A stretch of 64,000 nt of DNA, from the NCBI GenBank assembly GCA_022897995.1, contig GCA_022897995.1_4763.1; one strand, written 5' to 3'. Each line of letters begins with the position of its first letter. Position 1 is the stretch's first letter. Source of the DNA: a phage. Below are positions 1-11,255 of this stretch, one piece after another. The position numbers were made by a program, and so were the translations under genes. The notes below the pieces were generated by a model that saw only the letters and a program-made list of their open reading frames with translations, had not been told where the DNA came from and made no database searches.

Positions 1-83
1 GAATTATAGAAATTCAGAAGTTTCTCTGTCCTGAATTTGCTAGTAATGATTGAGCGATAGATCACACTATTTTCATTAGCCAT
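1..83 (-). CDS. 8: baseplate wedge protein gp8, N-terminal fragment (gene runs off window start)
   Basis: Reverse complement of 1-83 translates MANENSVIYRSIITSKFRTEKLLNFYN, matching the conserved gp8 N-terminus as I recall it; lies downstream of gp7 as in T4. Confidence 0.65.
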   Translation of the reverse strand, partial: MANENSVIYRSIITSKFRTEKLLNFYN

Positions 84-3000
84 TAATTTTCCTCTGTGTC
101 GGATTCTTCGGATCTCGTGGATTTCCTATATTATCCTTCAACCGTTTATCCACGAGTTCACGGAACATAGAGAACGTTACCGCTGATTGGTCAAACAATG
201 GACTCATATCAAACCGACGTTCGCTTGCTTTCAGACCGTGGAATAGTTCGCTATTTTCCTGATCGTAATCAGGCGGTACAGGGAACTCTTCGCCAATTGT
301 CGGTGACGTTAAGTATAATGGTTTCCCTGTTAGCGGGTCAATCTTAATATTTCCATCAACATCAAGGTCAGCAACACGATCAGGATACACTCTAGGTAAT
401 CCGCTGTCAAACTTATAGTTTTTAAGAGTTCTGATTATAGTTTCTACGTGTCTCATACTTAACCCGCTATTAATAAACATTGTAAGAAGAGTAACACCTA
501 TGAAACCAAAACCTACAGGATGAACAAATCTCATAACGTCATTTGCATATCTGGAAGTAGGTAAAGCACTCTTAATCTTCATGGTGTATTGGCTGCGTGA
601 GCGGTTGATATAGTCGATTGAACTACTTAACAACTCTTTACCACGTACACCAACAAGGATCATCCCCTCGAATGCAGTTTTCTCTGACTTGATCAATTGA
701 CCTTCTTCGAACCTTCCGATCAGGTTATGAATGGTTATTCGCCAGCGTAGGCGACCTCCTTCATATTCCCTTTCAAGATACGTCACGTTAGCCCGTCCGG
801 TTGGAGTATAGATCGTGCGTCCTACGATATCCTCATCAATATTCGTTGAACTAACTACAATATCATACTCTAGTCCGGCTTGTGATTCAACCTCAATTTC
901 TACATCTTCGTTATACAGTAACTTAAACAGGAACTTATAAGAAGCCTCCACACCCTTAGTGGAATAAAAATCTGATTTACGGGATTCAAAGAATCTTATT
1001 ACCGCATCTCGCTTGTTTTTGTCTGCATAGATATTTCGTTTGTTCATCTCTGACCAAAGATACTCATATGCATCTTGTTCTCGTGGATATTTGTTTTTAA
1101 TCAGATTTTTTAGTTTGTTATAGTATGTTCCTGAACCATCACTTAAGAATTGCAGATAATATTCAGAAAATTTTCTGAAATTTTCATTCTCCAGCAAGAA
1201 ACTGTCTGGTGTCATCTTATTCAATAAAGGCCGTAAATCTGGATCTTGTTCTCTGTCATAGTGAACTGGAACCCAGGGCACTTCACGAACCTGATTCTGT
1301 AATTCTGCAACAAGTGCTACATTTGTAGGCTTCCAATATACACCGACCTGATCGCGAACACGATAATTAAATTGATAAAATCCTATGATCTCCCCTGTGT
1401 TTTTATGGAACATCACACCAGATGCATATTGTTTGAATCCTTCAAATTTAACGTTGTTCAGATAACAGGTTACGGTCCCTTTATCATATACTTCACGGTT
1501 AATTCTGTTTTTATCAAGAATGCCGGAAGTATCAACTTCCTGAGTATAGACAACTTCTGGATAAACAACCAACGGGCGATTATCGTTTGTGATCCATACA
1601 CGAACACCGTTTCGACGCATCCATGTATAATCAGCCTCATTATAATACGCTTGCGATCCTAATTCCCAAATACGCAAATCATCATAACTTGCTCTGAAAG
1701 TAGTTTGATGTATTTTCTTATCAGTTAGATAAGTTGGCTCCTGAGAATATTTTACAGCTTCGCTTAATTCATATTTCGCGGCAGTTTCTGGATCAGGTAA
1801 AATGCTTTCGAAATGATGATTATAATGGCTTATGAATGCCTCATCACCATTGGTTGACATATTACTGAACCCATGCTGAATATATTCCCTTTCCTGCGGA
1901 GTGTTGCCAAATACTCGCTGAAAAGATAATCCATCGCTTTCAATCAAGTATACCCCCGCATCTTCTGACGGGACAACGTTTCCAGGTTTAGTCGGATCTT
2001 GATAACGCTGTTTAACTTCACCCGTAACAAATACAAGTAATTTTCCGTCAACAACATCCATTTTCTGAATAACAGCTTTGTCATTTCCTGTTACTCGGAT
2101 AATGTCAGGGTCAAATATCTTTTCCCCAAATGTAGGCGAACCCTGAACGGTATCAACCGGAGTATTCTTAAGGCGAATCCGGCGAATAACATCCTTAGCA
2201 CCAACCCACAAATAGTCATCACTACACGCCATAGCTTCGGCGTATTTTGTAGTGTCTCCTGTCAGTCTAGCAAGTACACCAAATACTTCAACATCAAACC
2301 CTAAATCGTTTTCGTCACCAACTTTTGCGAATGTGATAGTATCATCACTAAAGCGAACATCGTCCGCGCTCCATCGGGTATCGCTGGCTTGTCGTCCGTA
2401 AAAGATACGGTCATATCCTAAAACGTAAGTAGTAGTCTTAGACTGATAAACGCATGTACGGGAAACCGGATTGCCTACACGGTCGTTAAACGCTTTATAT
2501 GCTTTCCATGATTGACCTTTATCGTTAGACACCTTCACAATTGGCTGGAATCGCTCAAAAAGATATAGCACACCGTTCATTTCCGCTAACATGGTGCGGT
2601 TTATGTCAGTACAGACTTTTTCTATATGATCTTGGATCTCGTGAAAGTTTTCATCAACAATAATTTTGTTAGAAATATTTGTGATGTTTGCATATTCAGG
2701 ACTGAAAACAAAATCTTCCTGCATCAATGATGCTTGAATTAAATCAGTATTGAATTTAATATAATCACGATTATCATATGTAAACTTTTGCTTAACAAAT
2801 TCATTCGCCAGATTAAATTCTCGCATCGTTGAGAAGTTATAAGCATTGGTCTTGAATGTCTGAAACTCTTCGGTCTCAATCCATTTACTTTGTTCAAACC
2901 CTTCTGCGGCTACTGCTACACGAAATTTGTAATAATATTCTGGAAAAAGGTTTTTGTCCTCAAACCAGTTTTGGTCGGCAGTATATCCCAGGTTTACCCA

Positions 3001-3162
3001 GCTTAACTCATCGACGGGGATGATCTCCCCGTCTCGTGTTCTGGTTTCGGCTAACTCCACAAAATAAAAGAAGTTTTCGCCTACGTCATCCCATGTGATA
3101 TACGCCTGATTAGCAGACAATTTTTCTATTGTCAAGCTAGTTACACTAGGCGCTTTAATCAT
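76..3162 (-). CDS. 7: baseplate wedge protein gp7
   Basis: 1028-aa ORF (T4 gp7 is about 1032 aa) in the conserved 5-5.1-5.4-6-7-8 order. Confidence 0.85.
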   Translation of the reverse strand: MIKAPSVTSLTIEKLSANQAYITWDDVGENFFYFVELAETRTRDGEIIPVDELSWVNLGYTADQNWFEDKNLFPEYYYKFRVAVAAEGFEQSKWIETEEFQTFKTNAYNFSTMREFNLANEFVKQKFTYDNRDYIKFNTDLIQASLMQEDFVFSPEYANITNISNKIIVDENFHEIQDHIEKVCTDINRTMLAEMNGVLYLFERFQPIVKVSNDKGQSWKAYKAFNDRVGNPVSRTCVYQSKTTTYVLGYDRIFYGRQASDTRWSADDVRFSDDTITFAKVGDENDLGFDVEVFGVLARLTGDTTKYAEAMACSDDYLWVGAKDVIRRIRLKNTPVDTVQGSPTFGEKIFDPDIIRVTGNDKAVIQKMDVVDGKLLVFVTGEVKQRYQDPTKPGNVVPSEDAGVYLIESDGLSFQRVFGNTPQEREYIQHGFSNMSTNGDEAFISHYNHHFESILPDPETAAKYELSEAVKYSQEPTYLTDKKIHQTTFRASYDDLRIWELGSQAYYNEADYTWMRRNGVRVWITNDNRPLVVYPEVVYTQEVDTSGILDKNRINREVYDKGTVTCYLNNVKFEGFKQYASGVMFHKNTGEIIGFYQFNYRVRDQVGVYWKPTNVALVAELQNQVREVPWVPVHYDREQDPDLRPLLNKMTPDSFLLENENFRKFSEYYLQFLSDGSGTYYNKLKNLIKNKYPREQDAYEYLWSEMNKRNIYADKNKRDAVIRFFESRKSDFYSTKGVEASYKFLFKLLYNEDVEIEVESQAGLEYDIVVSSTNIDEDIVGRTIYTPTGRANVTYLEREYEGGRLRWRITIHNLIGRFEEGQLIKSEKTAFEGMILVGVRGKELLSSSIDYINRSRSQYTMKIKSALPTSRYANDVMRFVHPVGFGFIGVTLLTMFINSGLSMRHVETIIRTLKNYKFDSGLPRVYPDRVADLDVDGNIKIDPLTGKPLYLTSPTIGEEFPVPPDYDQENSELFHGLKASERRFDMSPLFDQSAVTFSMFRELVDKRLKDNIGNPRDPKNPTQRKING

Positions 3163-5063
3163 TGAGCAATTGCCTCCAGACTAATAGTTGTGTACTGAGG
3201 ACGGAGATCGTTTTCAAACACGATCAAAGAACCGTCTTTAGTAAAAATGTTATCAGCAATCGGTTTAGCTGTCAACTCAATATATGAACCAGTAAAGCGA
3301 TCGCTATTGATATTCAGTTTACCCAGATCCCATGAAATAAGGTCTTCATAATGCTGAACCTCTCCAACCTCAAAGTATAGGTCCGCACCGTCGATAACCT
3401 CTTTATCAAAATCAGTACCGGAATAATGCGGTAAAGCGATTGTAGAACCAACGGGGAAAGGTCCAACCAGCAATTTAGCTAAACCGGATTCTTTGTTCAT
3501 TTCTGTACTTACATAATGGATCGGGTATTGTTTACCGTCCTTTTCGAAGTTGAACGAACTAGACTTGATTCCGCTCTTATACTGGTTTAAAAACTTGATT
3601 CCAGCCATCGGTGCTTTATAGAAGTTGTCGATCTCTCGCACCATCTCGATTTCTGCACTAGAACCTATCACAGACACGTCAGCTTTGTCAATACGCGCAA
3701 GCATTTTAGACTTACTAAAGGTCTGGTTAAAAATTTCCACTTCGTCGGTATAATATGCATCAATCTGATCAATAACCGCACCGCGCAGCCACTGCTCTGA
3801 TTCTGATAAGTCATTGATTGAATAGGAAACTTTAATATTCTGTTTAATATACAGATAGTTAGGGTCAATGATGCTCGGTGTGATAGGGGCAAGATTATAT
3901 TTTGCCAGATAATCCCGCATATCTTCTTTTTGAACAGTTGTCAAGCGCAAGCCAGATTTAGGCTTAACAGCAACAAAAGCATAACCTGGTTTTTCTCGAT
4001 CGGTGAAACATTGTACCGCCTGAACAATACTACCAAATCGGCTGGAAACAAAAGCCTCATAGTCGGAAGCAGTTACACAACGACGCTGAGATTCACGCAT
4101 TACCGGAGCAAGTTCACGAATACGTTCGATTGATTCAGGATCACCGCCACCATCTGCGCCGACATAATCACGATCATTTGTCGGATTCTCAATAATTTTA
4201 ACAATAGAGATAGATGCAAGGGTATCCGCGTATGTGAAATTGACAGATCCGTTAGCTTCCGCGCCTTTAGTGCTGATATATTCGATAACAATATTTGCGC
4301 CCGTTGATGGTTTAAGACCACCAATATAATTTGCTTCCAGTGCACCGCCAGCAGCCGATAAAGTTGATTCACCTTCGCCAAAGAAAATTTCTGTATGTCC
4401 GTCTACGGTTTCGCGCATATAGAAAATATTACTAGCGCCAGTTGCATTAACAATACTTTCTCGTGTCCAGTCTTTCCATTCAGCACCATCTACCCACAAC
4501 TTAACCTGAGCGCGGTCAATATCTGGATCGCGGATCAGAATTTGTTTCTTCGGATCAAATAACATTTCTGTACGAACAATACGACCTTGTGCGACTTTAA
4601 GCATAGGCGTATATAAACCATTTGAACCTAAAACGCTCACAACGTCTTCTGTAGTGACAAATGGGTAAGAAGTCTGGCGATCCACACTTGCAATAAATTT
4701 AGTTCCTCGTGGGATTCGAATACTTGCCGGATTTCGTGGATGTGATACATGCAACATAATTGTAGTCGATGCACTAGTTTTACTTGCTGGCAAATATCCT
4801 AAATCTTGCGCGGCTTGAACAACTGAACTACGCTTAATTGCCGTTCTGATAAAAGATTCATATAGCGCGGCGTTAGCGAATTGCTGAATATAAAGGGTAT
4901 TATATGCGAGCAAGTCCATCAATACGTTAATACCAGCACCATTAAAATCAAAATCTTTAAATTCTTCCTGGTTTCTCATCCAGTCTGTTAATGCGCTTTT
5001 AATTTCATCGAATGTAGCAGCATTAAAAATATCAGGAATTTGTGTAATCTTTTGCTTTGTCAT
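3159..5063 (-). CDS. 6: baseplate wedge protein gp6
   Basis: 634-aa ORF between gp5.4 and gp7; start/stop overlaps typical of a late operon. Confidence 0.85.
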   Translation of the reverse strand: MTKQKITQIPDIFNAATFDEIKSALTDWMRNQEEFKDFDFNGAGINVLMDLLAYNTLYIQQFANAALYESFIRTAIKRSSVVQAAQDLGYLPASKTSASTTIMLHVSHPRNPASIRIPRGTKFIASVDRQTSYPFVTTEDVVSVLGSNGLYTPMLKVAQGRIVRTEMLFDPKKQILIRDPDIDRAQVKLWVDGAEWKDWTRESIVNATGASNIFYMRETVDGHTEIFFGEGESTLSAAGGALEANYIGGLKPSTGANIVIEYISTKGAEANGSVNFTYADTLASISIVKIIENPTNDRDYVGADGGGDPESIERIRELAPVMRESQRRCVTASDYEAFVSSRFGSIVQAVQCFTDREKPGYAFVAVKPKSGLRLTTVQKEDMRDYLAKYNLAPITPSIIDPNYLYIKQNIKVSYSINDLSESEQWLRGAVIDQIDAYYTDEVEIFNQTFSKSKMLARIDKADVSVIGSSAEIEMVREIDNFYKAPMAGIKFLNQYKSGIKSSSFNFEKDGKQYPIHYVSTEMNKESGLAKLLVGPFPVGSTIALPHYSGTDFDKEVIDGADLYFEVGEVQHYEDLISWDLGKLNINSDRFTGSYIELTAKPIADNIFTKDGSLIVFENDLRPQYTTISLEAIAQ

Positions 5064-5353
5064 TTTATGAATACCTTCGGTGATGCCATAGCGACGGTAT
5101 CGCCACAGCTAATACGATCTGCCATTTGAATTGCTTTCTTTCCGGTAACAAATACTTTCGGGGTACTGGCGACCGTAGTTCCCCCGTGTGTATCATAAGG
5201 CTTTGTTGTTTTTGTGTGTGGTGTAATTGGGTCTCCTTCGACTAATACAGGGATACCCTCAACAAATACCTTAGATTGAGTTGCATTAATTACCGTAGGT
5301 GGGTAGTTTCCGTGCCCTGTAGTTTTAGCTTTATCGTAGGATAATCCAGCCAT
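5060..5353 (-). CDS. 5.4: PAAR-repeat spike tip protein gp5.4
   Basis: 97 aa, the same length as T4 gp5.4; PAAR-like repeats ([13 protein letters not shown]); directly downstream of gp5/gp5.1. Confidence 0.8.
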   Translation of the reverse strand: MAGLSYDKAKTTGHGNYPPTVINATQSKVFVEGIPVLVEGDPITPHTKTTKPYDTHGGTTVASTPKVFVTGKKAIQMADRISCGDTVAMASPKVFIK

Positions 5354-5919
5354 TAAACACCCCTATGTACATAATCTCTTAGTTGCTGCGCCCACACATC
5401 CCAATTTCCAAAAACGGTTTGAGTATAAACTTTCTCTATTGTGTGTTCGGTTACTACCGGAGGCGGATTAGTTTCACCAGCACCCTCTCGGCTATTGGAA
5501 CCACCACTATTTCCTTCACCGGAACCACCAGAAGACTCTGAAACAGATTGGATATAGGTTAGGGTTACTTTATAAGTATAAACCTCCTGTAGACGTGTAG
5601 GAGCGTTAAAATAATATAGATCTGCGGTAGTTGGATCTGGTAAATCATCAAAACTTCCGGCAGATTTTTTAATTCTATCTTTCGTTATATATTTAAGAGA
5701 ATCCGCGCCAAGCGAAAAACTATCCCGATACTCACCAGATATTTTAGTTTCTTCAACGGTAACGCCCTTATTAGGGCGATACTCGCTGATCTTAAACTCT
5801 TTAATCGTGTATGTGATGTTTGCATCAGGTGGCGTTGCTTTATAAGAGAACACCACCTCAAAGAGTTCTCGCTCGCTGATATCCTCCAATTTTGAACTCA
5901 TCGGAAGAATTTCAACCAT
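5353..5919 (-). CDS. 5.1: gp5.1-like conserved protein
   Basis: 188-aa ORF at the T4 gene 5.1 position; assignment by synteny only. Confidence 0.5.
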   Translation of the reverse strand: MVEILPMSSKLEDISERELFEVVFSYKATPPDANITYTIKEFKISEYRPNKGVTVEETKISGEYRDSFSLGADSLKYITKDRIKKSAGSFDDLPDPTTADLYYFNAPTRLQEVYTYKVTLTYIQSVSESSGGSGEGNSGGSNSREGAGETNPPPVVTEHTIEKVYTQTVFGNWDVWAQQLRDYVHRGV

Positions 5920-5927
5920 TAGTTACC

Positions 5928-7727
5928 TCACCCAAGATCAATACGGCTACCATCAATTTTAACTGTACCCGATGCGATATCTTTAACGCTTGCGCCACAA
6001 TTACGGGACCAGTCACCATTAACCTGATCTGATTTAGTGCCATTGACGGTCATATTAAAATTACCCTCAACGGTTAAATCATAGTTACCTTTAATTGTCT
6101 CGGTAGTGTTACCCTCGATCATTAATTCAGCATTACCCTTGACGTTAGCCGTCAAATTAGCGTCAAGCTGTGCGATAACATCACCGACAACATGCATATT
6201 TGCAGTACCCTCAACGGTCTGATTAACATTACCACGAACAAATTCAGTAACGTTTCCATCAACGGTTTGCATTACATTACCCATATAATAAACTTGCGCG
6301 TCACCTTCAACAACAACTTGCAGATTTCCTTTAACGTTGACTTTGCGGCCTTGCTTAACGATCAAATAGTCATCACCTTCAATCTTTTCTACCCTCGTTC
6401 CGTCCGGTCTGGTTTCTTCAAATGTACCAGAAGGATGTTTGCGGTGATAACGTTCGTGAGAAGGAGTATCATCAATCTCGATAATATGACCGCTCTCTGA
6501 CTCGTACACATGGTTATAAGGATACCTTGCAGAATACGAACTCTTAGGCTCTTTAAACATGATTCGTGTGTCTTGTGGGGTAAATGGTGCTTCTGGGTCT
6601 TCTTCTGCTCTCTGCGTCTTATAGGCAGCAATACGGGCATTTCTCAAACGTGCTCGCGGATCATCAGAAATTGATTCCTCTTTCTTTGGAGCAATTACGC
6701 CATATGATTCTAAGTTACCAGTTAAAATAATTTTAGATACACGGCTTGAACGTCCTGGAGTTTGGTTAGCCCATACCGATTGACGTAATCCATCATAGGC
6801 TTGTTTCCATTCTTCCGCTAACATCGCAGCAAGACTATTCTTAAATTTACCCAATCCACCAACACCCATTTGAAACGCCATATTTTCTAATGCCATACGA
6901 CGAGAAGCATTACACTTATTATAGACAGGTGCAATTCGTGGATGTTTGCGCATATCACGACGAGTCTTTTCTATATCGTCAGCAAATACTTTACTAACTT
7001 CTTCGGCTGTAAGTCTTCCGTTTGTAACTTCACGCCCTACCAGCTTAGAAAGTTCATTATTGATAATACCCAGATCACTGGTTTTCTTATAAATGATCAA
7101 ATGCCCGATGCCTATTGTCGGATATCCTTCTGAATCAAGATACCATTTCTCGCGATATCCCTCATCGCCCCGCAGCATTTTTTCTATTGTGTATTCTGGG
7201 TTATCGTCAACCGGAATTTGGTCTAATGGCTCGTCGTCTGGATTTACTGCAAATCCAGTGTTTTCATCTCGAATATAGACACTATCAGGTTTTGTTGTTT
7301 GTCCGGTTTCTGGGTTAATACCGCCACGAGCAAGAATATTAACATCATTACCAATATAACGAGGATATGCACCAGAAGGGTCGCAAAAACCTTCTGTAGT
7401 GAGTGGTTTCTCTGTATATTGTCCGGCAATAGTACCCAGAATAACGCAGTTTAAATAACGTTCATCTAAAGCCAAACCAAATACCATTGAACCTTCAACA
7501 ATACCAGTAGGACTTTGACCTATACCGGAGATCGCCGCGCTTGTAATATCTTGTACTGGCGTAATCCATAATAGATCTTCGGTTGGAAGACCTTGAATGT
7601 CACCGTGTGCGGATAGCGAAGGATGTATACCATGAATCCTAACCTGAACACGCCCCAGCATTAACGGGTCTTCCCTGTTTTCTACAATTCCGGTAAACCA
7701 TTTAACGGAGTTATTAAACATTAGCAT
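5928..7727 (-). CDS. 5: baseplate hub and tail lysozyme gp5
   Basis: 599 aa; T4-lysozyme-like segment (GYPTIGIGHLI); C-terminal VxGxxxxx beta-helix repeats (NVKGNLQVVVEGDAQV...). Confidence 0.9.
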   Translation of the reverse strand: MLMFNNSVKWFTGIVENREDPLMLGRVQVRIHGIHPSLSAHGDIQGLPTEDLLWITPVQDITSAAISGIGQSPTGIVEGSMVFGLALDERYLNCVILGTIAGQYTEKPLTTEGFCDPSGAYPRYIGNDVNILARGGINPETGQTTKPDSVYIRDENTGFAVNPDDEPLDQIPVDDNPEYTIEKMLRGDEGYREKWYLDSEGYPTIGIGHLIIYKKTSDLGIINNELSKLVGREVTNGRLTAEEVSKVFADDIEKTRRDMRKHPRIAPVYNKCNASRRMALENMAFQMGVGGLGKFKNSLAAMLAEEWKQAYDGLRQSVWANQTPGRSSRVSKIILTGNLESYGVIAPKKEESISDDPRARLRNARIAAYKTQRAEEDPEAPFTPQDTRIMFKEPKSSYSARYPYNHVYESESGHIIEIDDTPSHERYHRKHPSGTFEETRPDGTRVEKIEGDDYLIVKQGRKVNVKGNLQVVVEGDAQVYYMGNVMQTVDGNVTEFVRGNVNQTVEGTANMHVVGDVIAQLDANLTANVKGNAELMIEGNTTETIKGNYDLTVEGNFNMTVNGTKSDQVNGDWSRNCGASVKDIASGTVKIDGSRIDLG

Positions 7728-7738
7728 AATTAATCACC

Positions 7739-8293
7739 TTACACATCAGCCTTTTCCATTTCTCGAATGAATGCGTTAATAAATTGTTTAATTTGTGTAG
7801 GATCTATGATCTTGATCTTGCGTCGTTCCTCATTGCGGAGAATCGCATCTTCCAGTGTGTCTACTGCCGATAATGCACCATGAAACTGCAAATGACGATG
7901 ATGAATATCTCCTTTATCATACCAATTGCTTGATCCTTTCGGATATTCGGCAAGATTCCAATACTTGTTTCCGTCAATATCAACGTGGTATAATACTTGA
8001 TTTCCTCCTACATTTGCATATCGCTGTTCGGCTGATTCATATGCTGTCTCTTGATCGGTGATCCAGTCATGGAATGGATCGTATACGTCATTAAGCATCA
8101 GCAAGATCCAGTAAAGTTGTTGGTTTCCGTATACTTCATATGCAACTTGTTCCGGTCGTGGACTACCTTGAATATAATATGTTTGTATGTTATAATCAGA
8201 AATTATTGCGTTGAAATATGCGCGGTAATTGCGCACAATGTCAGTAATCATCTTGCCGTTGTATTCAATGGCAGGGAAGAAAGAAAAGAGCAT
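7739..8293 (-). CDS. 53: baseplate wedge protein gp53 (by position)
   Basis: 184-aa ORF immediately upstream of gene 5 on the same strand; T4 gp53 is about 196 aa. Confidence 0.55.
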   Translation of the reverse strand: MLFSFFPAIEYNGKMITDIVRNYRAYFNAIISDYNIQTYYIQGSPRPEQVAYEVYGNQQLYWILLMLNDVYDPFHDWITDQETAYESAEQRYANVGGNQVLYHVDIDGNKYWNLAEYPKGSSNWYDKGDIHHRHLQFHGALSAVDTLEDAILRNEERRKIKIIDPTQIKQFINAFIREMEKADV

Positions 8294-8325
8294 TTTAGCA
8301 TCCTCGATTGATAAATAGTATTATG

Positions 8326-8333
8326 TATTTATA
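8326..8333 (-). promoter_or_regulatory. T4-type late promoter motif TATAAATA for the 53-5 operon
   Basis: Plus-strand tatttata is TATAAATA on the minus strand, about 33 nt upstream of the gp53 start; divergent region between gp53 and gp4. Confidence 0.45.
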
Positions 8334-8348
8334 ATAAAGGGTGCTAAA

Positions 8349-8822
8349 ATGGGAGGATCTAACACTTATAAGGGCAAATATGTTCCTGAGAATAAGGAAA
8401 AGTATAAAGGGGATATACGGAAAATCACATACCGTTCAAGCTGGGAATTGCATGTTTTTAAATGGTGTGACCGTAATCCTCATGTGGTTAAATGGGGATC
8501 TGAGACCGTTGTAATTCCTTACAATTCATCAACAGACGGTAAGCGTCACAGATATTTTGTTGATGTTTATGTTAAGTTTGATGATGGAAAAGAGCATTTA
8601 TGGGAAATTAAGCCAGCCAAAGAGACTAGACCACCAGAAAAGCCAAAGCGATTAACGACTAAAACAAAGCAGCGTTATATGATGGAGGCTTGGACGTGGA
8701 CGAAAAATACCGAAAAGTGGGCAGCGGCAGTAGCATTGTGTAAAAAACATAATATGGAATTTAAAATCATAACCGAACACACATTAAAAAAGGTGTTCGG
8801 TTTTAAAGGTTTAAATAAGTGA
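8349..8822 (+). CDS. 4: head completion protein gp4
   Basis: 157 aa; divergent from gp53 as in T4; size and position fit gp4. Confidence 0.65.
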   Translation: MGGSNTYKGKYVPENKEKYKGDIRKITYRSSWELHVFKWCDRNPHVVKWGSETVVIPYNSSTDGKRHRYFVDVYVKFDDGKEHLWEIKPAKETRPPEKPKRLTTKTKQRYMMEAWTWTKNTEKWAAAVALCKKHNMEFKIITEHTLKKVFGFKGLNK

Positions 8823-9833
8823 GTTCTTAAAGTCTTTTACTATAGTTTGATAGCATTGGTCGGGATACCCATTCTCGACCGCTATTTTTCTTGTTTTTCT
8901 ATCGCTAGGCATACCATTTTCTTTCCACAGCTTATATATTTCGTCATAATATACCCAGACACCAGAATTTTTTCTGGGATTTAATTTTATTATGTCGTTT
9001 CCATTCTCCTTTATGTACTTATTTTTCATTTCTTTAACGATGTAATCATATGACCTATCTGGGTATCCACGTTTAATGGCCTCGCGCTTGAATACATATT
9101 GACCCGGCATATTCAGATCAATCCATAATGCATATAACTCATCAAATTTTCCCCATGTTTCTTTCGGTTTTTGTGAATCTGAAAGTAGTTTGGCGATTCT
9201 TTGTTTTTCTTCGTCTGACTTTGAGTTTATAGTTTGTAGAAGCCTTTCTCTTCGTAATTTAAGTTTTTCCTCTGATCTATTACTTAACGCCTTTGATATT
9301 TTCTTGCCACGTTCTTTATACTTTCTTTCTCGTTCTTCATCGCTCAAGTTTCTAAAATGTTCTTTAACGGAATCAGTTCTTTTCTTATGGCGACGTTTTA
9401 ATTCTTCTTCATCAAGAGAAGCCATGAAACGTTTTTGTGATTCCGACATTTTCAGTCTAGATTCTTCCGTGTATACATGTTTTCGCTTTGCCTCTTCTGA
9501 TATACCAGCAAGTTTCAACACAATATCTTCTGGCAATTCCTTCATAATATCAATTCGGGTATTAAACATCATAACAACAGACTTCCAAATGGAATTTGTT
9601 GCTTTACTGAAATAGTAGTGTGCCATCATATGACGAACGGTGTTCAAGTGAACAGCATTAAAATCATGAATTTTAAGGTCTTCATATTCCTTCCAAATTG
9701 ATTTTGGTAGAATATGATGCCTCTCTAATTCCCCATCCTTATCTGGGTTTGCACAAATTTCTAGATACTTTTCTAAATACTTGATATCTGCATTCGGAAA
9801 CTGCATCAAAATTTTGTTCTTAATATCTTGCAT
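8811..9833 (-). CDS. free-standing HNH homing endonuclease
   Basis: N-terminal HNH motif (ELERHHILPKS ... HLNTVRHMMAH); Lys/Arg-rich repeated C-terminal modules (WGKFDELYALW... and GVWVYYDEIYKLW...); inserted between genes 4 and 2 on the opposite strand. Confidence 0.8.
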   Translation of the reverse strand: MQDIKNKILMQFPNADIKYLEKYLEICANPDKDGELERHHILPKSIWKEYEDLKIHDFNAVHLNTVRHMMAHYYFSKATNSIWKSVVMMFNTRIDIMKELPEDIVLKLAGISEEAKRKHVYTEESRLKMSESQKRFMASLDEEELKRRHKKRTDSVKEHFRNLSDEERERKYKERGKKISKALSNRSEEKLKLRRERLLQTINSKSDEEKQRIAKLLSDSQKPKETWGKFDELYALWIDLNMPGQYVFKREAIKRGYPDRSYDYIVKEMKNKYIKENGNDIIKLNPRKNSGVWVYYDEIYKLWKENGMPSDRKTRKIAVENGYPDQCYQTIVKDFKNSLI

Positions 9834-9959
9834 CTAAGGTTCCTCCTATGTTATAATGATATTTATCAACAAGTATCGCTGTTTATTTTCGTCTGCATTT
9901 TAGCAATAGCAAAGAGGATTGTCAAGTGTGTAACATACATAAACATAGAGGATAATATT

Positions 9960-10781
9960 ATGAGCGTATTTGAAATAATCACAGAAGACGAAAAGCCGTC
10001 TCCCCAAAAACGAAAGTCTAAACAGTGGGTTGAATTGGGTGTAGAATTTGCAAAAGCAAAAGCCAAAGGCATGACAGCTAAAGCATTTGCAGATTCTAAG
10101 GGAATAGCCTATGCGACTTTCACTAAAAGTATGTCTCGTTATGCCAGCGAAATTAAAACAGCAATAGAAGTTGAAAAACTAAAAGGGAAAGGCGCAAAGG
10201 GTCTCAATAAGCAGCAACGCGCAATGATGATGATTAATGATTTTCGTGCGTCTATGCGTGCTGTATCAAAGAGTCGTCCTAAAGAAAAATCACAGGAGTG
10301 GTTTACTAAAACAATAAAAGCGGGAATAAAGGGACACCAGATCGTAAAACCGCAAGTAGGGCGAATCTATACCTTTATGTATGATGCGAAGTATAAAGAC
10401 ACTTTGCCATATTGGGATGTTTTCCCGCTGATCATTTGTCTGGGTGATTCTAAGACAAAGGCGGGTAATACTGTAATGCTTGGTCTTAACTTACACTATG
10501 TAACGCCTAAAGCCCGTCAGCAGTTTCTGGAAGCACTTTTAAAGCAATATGCATCTACTCCAACATTAAGCAATAAAACACGCTTGAAGATTAAATGGAG
10601 CGATGTAAAAGGTATGCGTGGTAGTGATCACATGATCAAAGCATACTTGCCGGGACACATTAAAACAAAACTTGTTGAGATTAGCCCGAAAGACTGGAGC
10701 AATATTATCTATATGCCTACATATCAGTTTATGTCAAAAGGCAAGAAATACGATGCAAGGAAAGTTTGGAAGGATGCATAA
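9960..10781 (+). CDS. 2: DNA end protector protein gp2
   Basis: ATG at 9960 preceded by GAGGATAATATT; product MSVFEIITEDE...; the track start at 9828 is an upstream alternative start inside the HNH region. Assignment by synteny and size. Confidence 0.7.
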   Translation: MSVFEIITEDEKPSPQKRKSKQWVELGVEFAKAKAKGMTAKAFADSKGIAYATFTKSMSRYASEIKTAIEVEKLKGKGAKGLNKQQRAMMMINDFRASMRAVSKSRPKEKSQEWFTKTIKAGIKGHQIVKPQVGRIYTFMYDAKYKDTLPYWDVFPLIICLGDSKTKAGNTVMLGLNLHYVTPKARQQFLEALLKQYASTPTLSNKTRLKIKWSDVKGMRGSDHMIKAYLPGHIKTKLVEISPKDWSNIIYMPTYQFMSKGKKYDARKVWKDA

Positions 10782-10786
10782 GATTA

Positions 10787-10812
10787 AGCCCGTCATTGAC
10801 GGGCTTTTTTAT
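10787..10812 (+). terminator. rho-independent terminator after gene 2
   Basis: Hairpin agcccgtcattgacgggct followed by a T-run. Confidence 0.6.
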
Positions 10813-11066
10813 TATAGATCGATAGCATGAGCATAACCATGTAAGAAGTCTTTTAATTCTTCCTTATTGGTAACACGCTGTAAAATCTCTAATGCCTTGT
10901 CGCGATCACGTAATGCACCTGAAAGGGATTTTATTTGGTCATCCCTTTCTGCAATCTGCTTAAGCAGATCTGTATTGCATTTAGACAAATAGAGAACTTC
11001 ACCCCGCAATGTTGCCAATTCGTTGTCCAAACGATCATAGAGTTTTAACAAAATGTCTTCTGTCAT
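10812..11066 (-). CDS. hypothetical coiled-coil protein
   Basis: 84-aa minus-strand ORF in the gap between genes 2 and 3; heptad-like sequence; GAGGA 6 nt upstream of the ATG. Confidence 0.3.
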   Translation of the reverse strand: MTEDILLKLYDRLDNELATLRGEVLYLSKCNTDLLKQIAERDDQIKSLSGALRDRDKALEILQRVTNKEELKDFLHGYAHAIDL

Positions 11067-11255
11067 AAGAAGTCCTCGTATAGTACCCGTTTTATTTATT
11101 ACTGTATAAAAATATAGTTATTGGTTAAAACATAACCAAAACGAAGAAAGATCTTTAGAATAATAAAAATTTGTTTCGGTTAAAAAGTAGTCAGTGCCTA
11201 CGGCACGTCGCGAAGCGACAATTGTTAATAAATATTTTCATTTGAGGAATCAGTA

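Noticed and set aside
1372-1662. Plus-strand ORFs inside the baseplate genes (for example 1372-1662, 3930-4133, 6192-6500, 7093-7318)
   Set aside because: Antisense to long, well-supported late genes gp7, gp6 and gp5; no expression signals.
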